NCBI GenBank assembly: GCA_030141605.1
Contig: JAQGDQ010000003.1
Span: 1,922,001-1,986,000 of the forward strand
DNA length: 64,000 nucleotides
Source: Tubiluchus corallicola
Lineage: Eukaryota > Animalia > Priapulida
Direction: 5' to 3'
Positions 36,032 to 47,700 of the stretch are shown here, in pieces. Position 1 is the stretch's first letter, and each line of letters begins with the position of its first letter. Made by a program: the position numbers and the translations under genes. Under the pieces are notes generated by a model, which searched no databases, was not told the origin of the DNA, and worked only from the letters and a program-made list of their open reading frames with translations.

Positions 36032-39000
36032 AAAGCTACTTCTGCAACTGGTTGACTGTTGTTGTCACTGCAGCTGTATTACAGTTGTTGTTGCTGCTGA
36101 TACTAATGTCAGTGTCAATGCTGCTGCCATTGCCGATGCTAATTCTGCATTTCATCTTGTAGCTGTTGTAGTTCTCGTAAGTTTTTTAGTATGTGTATTG
36201 ATAAACCTACTGAACAACTTTTGTGCGTTGCAGATCAAAGCGCTGCTTGTCAACTTGATGAAATTATACTGTGCTTAGAAGAAGCGCACTTACTGGTACC
36301 AATTACGAGCAAGGTGTTGCCTGATCCAGAACAGCTAGCAGAAAAACTGTTAAATCAAACGGCGGAAGAATCAGTGGGTGAAAGGCTGTGTAGGTAATAA
36401 CTTATAATGACGAACTAATAATTCTATGAACGACGTGCAACCACGATATTCCAATCTGCTCACTTTGCCTTAAATACTAATGTAATTTTGTGGCAATATA
36501 TATATATATACAAAATGTGAACTAGTAATTTGGCTGATACTCTATTTTATCTAATTCTGAACTAATAATTACTATAATCCCTATAATTCTCATATGAATA
36601 GGCTATATGAGCAGTATCAGTTAAAATTAACTTAAAATTGCGAGAGAACAGAGAAATAAAACGCGCCCTTCTCGTGTATTTATACAACACTAAGCCACTG
36701 GTACCAAGTAACATTAATTCAGTTATTTATTACATAAATTACAATTTTTTATTACATTATGCGTTTTAACTTCGGGTTATTATATTATGCGTTTTCGATA
36801 TCTTACATTGTGCATTAGTTTTTTTTGCTACATTATTGGTTTGTTATTACTTTATCTGTTGAATGGGGGTTTGTTGCATATCTGACGTCTAACATAATGT
36901 CAATCATTTTCGTTGACTGCCCAATCAGCGTTCACACTCCTGCAGAGCTTACTTAACGCGGGTACTACAGACAGCTGCGGCTGCCTCTAATACTGTTATG
37001 AGAAATGCTCAACTTTTCATTAGTTAGCGGGTGAAATATTGGCCTGATTCTAGATTTTATCATTGTCAATTGAAATTGCAAGTGAATTAGTGAAAATATA
37101 TAGTCTGGTTTCAATTACAGGAAGAAATGCACAACGCTTACGTGCATGAGTTACTGATTAAATCATTTTGCAATCAAGAAAATACGTAGTTTAGTTTAGT
37201 TTATGGCTTTGCAAGTTAGACAACTACTTGATTAACTTTAAAAAAGGACAAAACAAAATGTTTTCTTTTCTGGCTAGTTTTTATAAACCTCAGTGAGTTC
37301 TATCAAAATTAATTCAAATGTGGTCAAAACCTATATTATACATCAATGTAATATTAGTTAATTTTACGATATTTTTCTGGTTATAATCATGGTTAAAAGA
37401 TGCCATTGGGACTTATGTAACTCGGGCATTCAATATAAGGGTCGTAGCCTAACAAACGGAAAAATACAAAAACTGAATAAATCTTGCAGACGAGCACATG
37501 ATCAGAAATATAGAAAAAATACATCGCAGGCTTGATGTTCGTGTGTTTTATAGGCCAGAGCGACAATATTTTTGCTGCTCATTTATTGTAAAGCAAGGCT
37601 AACTGGCTTAGCTTCTTTATTATACTTATGTCTCTGTATTTTGCAGGCCTAGTGCTTTGAAACTTCGTCTCTACATTTTGTTTAAATCGAAAAGTCATTT
37701 TTTGGCTACTTGAAGTGTTTCAAGTAATTAAAATTTCGTGTAAAAATAGCTGCTTTTTCGTGTAAAAATTTATGTTTGTGAAAAAGTGCAATCAGTTTAT
37801 CTGCTGATTAGACATTAGTTGTGACTGTCACGTTGTTTAATATAGTTTAGTTTAATTTAGTTGTTGTCCAGCGTGAGATGTTGTCCCGAATGCCGCTAAG
37901 CGTGCTTATGTTACAGCGGAAGCGGAGCGCTAGACCAATGTGTTTGACGTCAATTAGAATCAGGTGTCGTTAGCGAAGTTTTAAGATTCCCGATGCGCAA
38001 CTTTAGCGGAATTAGCGACAAACAAAGCGCCAAACAATGTAAATGATTATAGATCATAGTTTTTGGCACTTTTAGCGGTACTTTTGGTTTTTTCCAGCAC
38101 ATTTGCCCAAAGTAGGATAAAAGCTTTCGTCACATTGAAATTCTCGCATCTTGATACCAAAGATTTTGTATTTTAAAAGATCATCAGCTTCATGACAATG
38201 CCCAATGATATTACATAGGCATAAGCGACCCAAAACAATGTTCCTTGTGCAATAATTGAATAAAAGGAACATGGTGTAATTTTTGTCTGTGAGTATTATG
38301 GATCCAAGTTGGTGAACGATGACGTCGGTTAAAGGATAAGCACACAAGACGTCGGTCAGTTAGAGTGCCGCCACGTAACCACGTAGCCCACGTAACTAGC
38401 TATCTATCAACTACGAATGATCGGCTACCCATTCACCAACCAATGGTGCGGCCACTTCCCACCTTGTCTTCCTAATACATACAACAAAACTTGCATACAT
38501 GTACTGCGCATGACAAAAACTGAGCACTGCAAGACAATAGCTACAGATTATTGATAATGAGACAGTTTAAATTCATCTTTGTAAGAACATTTCACAGTGC
38601 TTGTTTTTTGCTGATTTTTTTCTTACTTTTTGAACACACACGGCTGCGTGAAAACGAATAATTGCATCTGTTCTTATTACACTAGTACAACAAAACATGT
38701 ATTCATATAAATACATGACAAAATTATGCCCTACAAGGCAATAGTTACAGATCACATGTACTGATATATTGACAGTTTAACGGTGCGTTTATATATACAT
38801 GGTATTTAACAAGCACTGTGAAATGTTTTTATAAAGATGAACTTATGAATGTATTATATTTACAATAATTCTAAATAAATCGCGTATACATACATACATA
38901 CATACATATATATATATATACATTATATACATATACATATATACATATATATATATTATATATAATATACATATATATATTATAAAAACGGGTCGGGTAT

Positions 39001-42000
39001 ACACACACACACACACACACCTGAAGAGTTACACCCCTCTTCAACAACGGAGCGAACTCAGATCGGACTAGTTTAAAGATTTTACACACATATATATATA
39101 TATATATATAGTACTAGTAAATCATCTAAAGAACTTTAGAGAACTTTATCATTCATTATGAACGGCAGTATAAACACTTAAAACATTACTGTGGTACTGT
39201 GGAATGAATTTGTAGTATCAGATGATGAAGTCTTTCAGATAATGAGGTGGAAGTTTCCAGCTAGCTTTTGAATCATATTTCAATGGATGATCTTTATATG
39301 CTAAGCTTAGCAGCTGCTTAAATTTGTTCGACGAAGATGTTGATCTAACAGTGACAGATTAATTAGATCGGGCTAATTATAGACCTGTATGTCTATTAAA
39401 CTCTGTGGGAAGAATTGCAGAAAAGTTCATCTGTAAACATGTAACGGAGCATTTGCTGGCGGATAATGTCATGCATACTGTTCGACATGGTTTTGTTAAG
39501 GGAAAATCTAGTCATTTAGCTTTTAGAGTGCTACAACTCTTGGTTTCAGATATAGGATAACAGAATTACACTTCATATCACCCTCGATATTGTGAAAGCT
39601 TTAGATGAAGTGTCCAATCACCAGGTTATAAGTGAAATGAAATCTATTGACAATGCTACGTTGGATTGACAACTTTCTTAACGCGGCTATAGTGGATGGG
39701 TTTTTTATCCAGTACTGCAGCAATCACCAGCCGTGTCCCCCAGGGATCTAATTTGGGACCTTTTGTTGTTGTCCATAACTGTGAATGATTTCATAGATTA
39801 TGTACAATGTGATCTACGACTTTTCCCAGATAATTCCGAATTATGGTATAACGCAGAAGATAATACTAGCTATACTAAACTGCAAGAAGACTTGGTCTTT
39901 CTTAGTGAATGGTCAGGTCTGAATGGCATGGCCTTCTATACTGGCAAAACCTCAGTAATTGCAGTGGGACCCAACAAAGATTTTTATTAAAGTGTGATAG
40001 ACGAAGTGATAACTTACTCATCAGAAGTCAAAGACCTTAGTGTTGTTCTCGATGACCTGCGTTTTAAAAACCATATTTTGATCAATCATTAAAAATGTTC
40101 CTTACAAGTTCTTGCTGTGATTCGCCTTACTATCAGAGAGGGACAAATACTATTCAGACCGAGGTCAAATTGTAGAACAGGATTTGCTGATTTTTAAACT
40201 AGCACGAATCCCAGAAATTTGGAACAATCTTCCTGTCACTGTTAGATCAGCATCTTCGTTGAACAAGTTTAAGCAGTTGCTAAACTTAGCATATAAAGAT
40301 CATCCATTGAAATATGATTCAAAAGCTAGCTGGAAACTTCCACCTCATTATCTGAAGGACTTCATCATCTGATACTACAAATCCATTCCACAGTACCACA
40401 GTAATGTTTTAAGTGTTTATACTGCCGTTCATAATGAATAATAAAGTTCTCTAAAGTTCTTTACCTATATGATTTACCAGTACAATATATATAATCTTTA
40501 AGTAATGATATAATAATCTTTATTTTCCAATAAAAAGTCGATATTCATAAGCATAAAAGTATATAAGAATACCGCAACATTTACACAACCGTTAAAGGTA
40601 AATGCGTCCAGTGCAAACTAAAAACTACTGTGCCGAAAATTTAAAAACAAACATATATATTAGATAGGGTTTTCAAAACGATTTTATGTATGTATTTTTA
40701 ATTTTGATTTGAACTCGTAGAAAGCCTTGATTTGTTTTAATTTTCATGGCAGGGCATTCCAGAGTTGAAATCCTTGTTTAGTGATAGAATTGTTTGTTTA
40801 ATTATGTGTGTTCTTGTATTTAACGTTGGCTCCAAGAAGGGTGGACGCTCTATTTTGATGAAGGGCGTGCTAATATTGTTGATATGTTTGCATAAAAATA
40901 GGATAAGTTTCGTCACTCGTTTTCTTGTAGTTTTCCTATCATTTTTCTATAATTTTCTATTGTTTTCCTTCATTTTCCTATAGTTAAATCTCGTCACTTG
41001 TGTTACGTAGCTATCGTCACCGGCACGTGTACGGAAAGTTCGACTCGAAAAAGTAAGAGTCGCCCTCACATTCCATTTCGATTTATACCTGAAAATAAAA
41101 ACATTTATTGTAACAAGTGTGAGTTCTGAGTTAACTCAAGATGTTGCAACAGCACATAAAAACTGAAGCTGTCCTTACTCATAAAAATTTTCAGTCTTTG
41201 TGTGCTGTTGTAACGCATTGAGTGAACGCAGAATTCACAGTTGTTGCAATAAATGTGCTTTAAATATAGGTATAAATCATGATGGAGTGTCAAGAAGTCT
41301 CTTACTTCTTTTGAAGTCGAACTTTTCTTTTATCATACACGTACCGGCGACAATATCCAATCCAATCCTCTTCTATCATTTGTTACTATTTTACCTGCCT
41401 TCCTCGTCTTTCTTCTTTTCGTAGTTTCTTTCCACTGCCCCCTTTCTTACTTCTTTCTCTCTTTCTTTCTTTCTTTCTGTTTTTGTTTCCGTCTTTGTTC
41501 CTTTCCATTTTTTTCTTTCTCTCTCTCTTCCATTCTTTCTGTCTTTCTTTCCTTGCTCTTTTCTTTCTTTCTTCTGTCAATCCAGTACTTTTCTTTCTTC
41601 ATTTTTACTTGCTTTTCTCATTGAACCGGTTTTCATCATATAAATTAAATACTATAATTAAAGATTTTTCACATTACAGGAATTTTCCACAAATTCACAG
41701 CTGTGTAATAGAAGTGTTGACTAAATGTTCAAGGAATAACAGCGTAGACGCAGCTAGAATCAGAAAACTCATTTTTTACCTAGACAGCTTCTTTCCGGTA
41801 GCAGAGACTCTATGCAGGAACATTACCAGTGGTCAGTGTGAATCACGCTTTAGCTTATATACAAATTTCTGTTAACATCTGTTAGCAGATTTCAGAAATA
41901 TTAGTTACTACAATCCATAAAAATATGACTATATTAAGTGGAATTTGACCAGCCATTTTGTCCAGGGATGTGTAATTATGCAATCGAGCCACTATGAAGT

Positions 42001-42875
42001 TATTTAACTCTAAAGTTCATTAACAAAACAGTCTTAACCATGCCACAATTATGTAGTTACGCTTTGCAGTTTGATTGTGTATTGAAATAAAAGCCTGACC
42101 TTTTACATTGTATTATTCGACCAATCGTTGTGGTGTGTCTACTATAATTGTTGTTGTGGTTTGCTGTTGTCAGGTTTTTCTGCTGCCGTGAAATGCGTCA
42201 TCGATACACACATAACTAGTGAAGTTGCATGCTGGCGACACTTACTGCCACTCATTAAAAGAAAATCTTTTGGAGAAGAAGCGAATTTAGCTAATGGTTT
42301 AACTATTGAAGAGTGTTGGTAAGCAAAATTTTTGCTTAACTAAAGTTCTTGAAGAACAATCTGTCAGCAGCACGGATAAAATAAAATAAGATAATTACGT
42401 GAATGTTAATCTCGAAATTTTTCCATGCTGCCAAATGAAATGCCCAAAATCCGGGCATTTTTCGATCATGGGTTGGGGTGAGGCTACTTCCGACTCCGGA
42501 CTTTCTTGCGGGTTGGGACAACCCGGGTTGGTATTTTTGGGACAAAAGTGGCTCAGCCCTCTCCCCCTAGCAAAATCGGATCGTACACCTGTGGTAAAAT
42601 CATCTACGAGTTCATTTACGAATTGTCTGTTCAGAACTTGCAAAACTACTTTGTTTTTTTATAGGTACGTGTATCAGTACAACGAATGTGTCCAAAAAGA
42701 AATGGTCAACAGGTGTAGCTCTTGGGCAGTACAGCTATGCAAAGATGCATTTTCTGCTTGGACTGAACAATCTTGTAACAATATTAGCAGATCATCGCAT
42801 TTTACAGCTTCTATAATCATTACGGCTACAGTCATTAACTATAGCTTTTCACGGATATACTATTTTATATATTAG
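32808..42875 (+). CDS. Secreted, probably GPI-anchored cysteine-rich protein with two tandem repeats (neuritin/DUF19-like Cys spacing), 244 aa
   Basis: Exons 32808-32874 (signal peptide MTSYRCEMVIWAVIMLILLLCS), 36234-36393, 41680-41831, 42174-42318, 42665-42875 (TAG). GT-AG introns, phases 1-2-1-2, 735 nt. Thirteen Cys in the mature part and a hydrophobic tail (ASIIITATVINYSFSRIYYFIY). The family label is inferred from Cys pattern only. Confidence 0.82.
34160..35530 (+). mobile_element. 5'-truncated degenerate LINE (CR1/L2 group) reverse transcriptase
   Basis: NYRAISLASCLIKILDWILL, QFAYKKNSST, LIDFSKAF, GVRQGSVLS and GYADD appear in order, with frameshifts and stops. AATAAA near 35518. Confidence 0.85.
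35987..36031. repeat. (CTG)n microsatellite with degenerate flanks
   Basis: Direct reading; intronic, produces the spurious poly-Leu ORF. Confidence 0.9.
38885..39110. repeat. (TA)n/(TACA)n/(CA)n microsatellite cluster
   Basis: Direct reading. Confidence 0.85.
39111..40483 (+). mobile_element. CR1-like LINE fragment bounded by about 250-bp inverted copies of its own 3' end
   Basis: Body encodes NYRPVCLLNSVGRIAEK, HGFVKGKS, VPQGSNLGP, LFPDN (degenerate FADD) and WNNLP. 39111-39357 is the reverse complement of 40233-40483 with scattered substitutions. Confidence 0.88.
40650..41000 (-). mobile_element. LINE 3'-end fragment
   Basis: Minus strand reads QLWNALP*KLKQIKAFYEFKSKLKIH, the usual CR1/L2 ORF2 terminus. 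Confidence 0.6.
41395..41620. repeat. Pyrimidine-rich (CTTT)n-like low-complexity tract
   Basis: Direct reading; lies just upstream of the acceptor at 41680. Confidence 0.8.
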
Positions 42876-44749
42876 CACAACAGCAAATCAGCGGCATTGC
42901 TAAAAAATCATGGATTCTATTCTTTCGTTATTGCCCAAAAGTAAATCTCGTGTCCTAATCTGAATACAGAATCTTGAATAGTTGTTTTACCACGTATGTG
43001 ATGGAACCGAAAATTAATGGTAGGCAAAGCTCACCTAAGTTACGTCAGACTCACCTAAGTTACTTAAGACACATTTAAGCCACAAATAAAAAGTGGCAGA
43101 CAGAATATTTCTCTTTATCCGGTCAAGCCATAGGACACAGTGATATTAAAAATGATTATTTGCTTGAACAAATTCATTGTATTGTTCTGTCAGCGAATTA
43201 TAAAGTTACAAATCAGAAAGAAATTCACTGAGATATAAGGTTCTGTGTGTATCTGAATACAAACAGCAATTTAAGATCAAACGAACTAAATAGTGAGGCA
43301 TGCAAGATTAATAACTAAAAGTCTACTAAGTTCACTCAATTGTGGTGTCTTTTGCGTTGGTGGAAGGCAACCAGGTTAAACTTTACACGAAGCAGCTAGA
43401 ATTTCTATCGTACACTCGGCAATCCAGCTTAGGCGGTTCTGTGGCGGCACCTAGAGTCAAATGTCTATAATAACGTAGTTGACGTTGAGAAACCAGTAAC
43501 AGGAAGCCAGTTATTAAAAAACTTATAACTGTCGTTTATTGACAAGAAATATTTTCGTTTATTAAAATTTATAATCACACGTAAATATAGCTTCCCCCAG
43601 TTGAATAATTAACACTACTATGCAAACACAATGTTGGATAAAGTGCTACATGAAACAAACGCCAAAACGGCAAAATTTTTGCACATTTATGAGCATTTAA
43701 GCAAATTCTTAAAATATTAATATTATATTTTGAATTATTAATCGACTGTCATTCATGTTAGACACTACATCGACTGTAAAAGTAATGTCTGCATAATATA
43801 TTCATAATTATACTGAATATGCTTTACACCGGAAATGCGGAAATGTATACGTACTCGTTATCCTGCATATTACATTTTGTAAACAGTTTCATACACCGAA
43901 AGGAACGAAAGATCATAAACATTGAAACGCTTATTATATCCAATTTGAAGCTTATTTGTAGTGTGGGGGATAGCTGCTTATACACAGAGCAAAATTTTCA
44001 TTAAATGACTTGTTAATTATTAAATTGAGCGCAATAATTAGTAGTTTGATAGGCAACTGCCACACGTAAATACTTCTATCTAACATCTATAAACATTGTT
44101 AACATCATTTAATTAATACATTACCACTGCATTTAAATAACTTGAAAAATACGACTAAATCGACGTAAATAAGTCGACGATTAGCGTTGAGTGCTTGAAT
44201 ATCATGAAATCAGTACCAAAAAATACTGACAGTATTCAATTTTTCAACAATGCCGTCAATATGATTAGAAACCTCTTCTTAGTCCGAGTCTGTAAATCAT
44301 ACAACTGTCGTATCAATAACTTAACAATAAGTTATTTTTTTATACATTTTTTGTCCTTTTTGCTTTGCCATAAAAAAACACAATTTTCAATAGGAGTTAA
44401 GATGTTGACTTTGCCATTTTACGCAAAAGTGGTTAATATTATTAAGATCTGCGAGTATTTTCACAGGCTCTTTAATTGCTTTTTTACTCAAAATGTTTCT
44501 AAAGGACGACGTAGAAATCCTAATACTACGCATTTATAACGAAATATTGACCTACGTAGAATAATTGCTTCTATGACTACATATAGCTTTAGAAAGCATG
44601 AAATTGTTTTTGCTTGTTTTTTGCGAATTCTGACACGATAAGAAGAGTTATTACTAAAAATTTCCCCACTCTTCCATAGTCCTATACTTTAAGCTCATCA
44701 AATTTGTGATAGTGTATGCAAATCCTAAAACACTTGTAGATTATTACAT

Positions 44750-47700
44750 TCAGTAAAACTTTTCGCTTTGCGTATTTTCATTCTGTAGCTGGTGCCATTC
44801 AGTGAACTCGCGACCACAATGCTGAAGTGCCTTGTTCCAATGACATATTGCCGAATCCTGCAATGTTCCTTTTCCAAAAGTCACCTGCCAAAAATGCAAT
44901 ATATTTCTTATTGTGTTACACATACATTGAGAAACACATCACGCTTATAGCAATTAGCCTAACAGCTAATTAAATGAAAAAAGGAGGTACTGAAAAATTG
45001 CTTACCAAACACGATTCGAACTCAAAACCCAAGATTCGGACACACACACGTTAAGAATGATATCACGCTTACAAAAATTAGGCTAAGCTAGCTAACCGAA
45101 GGACTGAAAGCATTGAAAGACTGTGAACCAACCAGATTGGACAGACACAGCATATACATTGTGGACATGCACGAACCCCCCACCCCCACGCACGTTAGTA
45201 CCATAACGTAAGTATATATCCTAGGTGGATTCTCATTAATTTCACAAATTAGCCACCAAAATGGAATAACGAAGCATCAGCAAACCACAGTGTAAATGTA
45301 GCCAGTCCAACGATAAAACCGTCCCTTATTATTTTACAATTACGACTACAGTAATTGAAATGCAAGTAGCGTAACAGAATGTACAGAAACAAATGAAGCC
45401 ATATTGCGTAGAACCAGCCATGTGAATCCTAGTAATGTGCTCAGTAAGACAAAACGTGTCGAAAATATCATGTTACACAGCTCACGCAACTGTTGACATT
45501 TTGTCGCAGAAATTCTGTTTAACTTTATCCGATTACATTTTGGCGTAGTATACACGCGTATTGAATTTAATGGACGCAGCGTCCAATGCGAATGATACGG
45601 ACGCAAGGACTCTGCCAACAAATCAGCGGCGCTAATGACTGTCTAATGTTACCTGAGAGAGCCACCTGTTTTTGGTTTGCTGTCGCCCTGATAATTTTTC
45701 GTTTATTGAATAAGTGACTCATGGTAGAAGCGATTGAAAGGGATATAAATCTCTAGCAAGTATCTTCGACTATAATCACGATGGACTCGGACAAGAGGTC
45801 CAAAAAAAAGTGGATCAATGCGGTACTGACGAAAGGTTAATTTGGATATGCAAAAACTGTCAGCTGGACTGTCAACCGAAAAAGGCAATGAAAAAGATCG
45901 ACTAAAAAGGTAATATTTGCAAAAATCCAAGATTCACAAAAGATAAACCCAATTTAAGCGTTCCTAATGGGTCTAAGTAAGCCATACATACAGCAAAAGT
46001 GAATGCACGAACCACAATTTGGTTACTAAAACTTGGTTTTCCTTTTGATGGTTTTTAAAGCAAGTAGTGTTGGGTTACAAATTTTTTTCCTGTCTTTTTC
46101 ACTAGACAGACGGGCGAATCCCTTTACCTGGGATTCTTTAAAAAGGTCATTTTGTTTGATCAATCCGCCTATTTGCGTGTTTATGTCTGCTCTCCTCCAC
46201 ACGTCTGGTCCACGTATCGTCAGGTAGCCCAAATGTGTTAAATTTTTCAGTCGAGTGGTCAAAAGTCTTTGGTCGAGTAGGTCCAGTTGCCCAGTCGACG
46301 TAGGACGCTAGAATGACGTTTTGCCAGAAGTAACCATATAATTTAATGCCGAAAGATGTATAAAAATCCTGTTGTTAGTTTATCGCTTTTTAAACCTCAT
46401 TTTATAAACTACCTGGTGATTAATCTTATTAAACAGACTTTCGCAGTGAGATTAACTTTCACTGCAGTTAAACTGAGTTAGAAAATTATCATCAATGCAA
46501 ACAAGCTGCATTTGGCCGCTTCTATGCATTATACACGCGTCTTAGCATGTGCAACGAGCACTCCGTCTCAATCAAATTGGCAAGCTCGGATTAAAAACCA
46601 ATTAAGTTTAATTTTACGCCTTATCACCGAAGAAGATTCGAAAAATCTCCAACTGTGCATGACACCCGCCGGGTGAGCATCACTAATTGACAAGTGGAAA
46701 TTTACGGAAAAATATTTAGGAGCAATACAAAATGATGTCCAAAATAGCAGAGTTATACTACAGACGCAGATCACCATCATCTGTATACTAACAAATCTGG
46801 CACCGAATGTTAATTTATTATATAATATTATATGCTTGTTATCTTTCCTTAGGACACAAAGTTTGAGAAAGAGTTCAGTAGACAATTTTTATCGTCGTTC
46901 AAGGTCATTTCAAAGTCATAAAATGTAACGCTCCTTCTACGAGCATGATTAGTAGGTAAATAAACAAACTATTTTTGCTACAGCTCCAACGCCTATATTA
47001 TGGGCATTGTCGGAACTCATTAGTGGTTTATTTTTCGAATCGGGGCCACAAGAAGTAATTGCAAACAAAACATGCTAAAATGGGTTTTTTCGCCCGTCTT
47101 TTTTCCGCACGGATCAACTTCAACGGGTGGTGCAGTGGGCATAGTTTCCCCAGGAGATCATCGACTTTCCACAAACAGGCGTTTGCCTGAATTCATCCAC
47201 ATAAATTAGCCGAATCCTCACGGGATACAAGTTATGGATCTTTCTTTACTGTGTATGAATCCACATACACTTGGAAAACTAACATTAGGTGCTAGATTTT
47301 TGACAATTGCCTTGTAATACCCACGTAGTTACCTATGTAGCTTCTTCGCCGGTAATTTGACTTCTGCAGTAGAAAAACTTAAAGAAGGAAGTCTTACACT
47401 CTCCGCCTATAACTGTTTATAATAGCCAGCAGGCTAAATTCTCTTCTTCGCGTTTCAGTTATCATTTAGAGATTTAATAATCAGTCCTTTCCCTGCAGCC
47501 ATTATCGCGAGATTGAAAAACAGAAAATACTGAATGGAAAGAGAATTTTGTTGAAATTCAATGATGAAGAGCTTAGGATTTTCTATATCGACTAAGTATT
47601 GCGTCATTGTAGGCATTGGTTCTACATGGCTTACGTGTAAAACTAAGCGTAGGTTGAACCGGGTAAGCGTTAATAAGGCATTCCATATTACAATAACACT

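Noticed and set aside
35976-36278. Poly-Leu ORF resembling a signal peptide
   Set aside because: Comes from the (CTG)n repeat and is out of frame with the real exon at 36234.
45000-45060. B-box-like GTTCGAATC on the minus strand (tRNA?)
   Set aside because: No cloverleaf can be built; at most a decayed SINE head.
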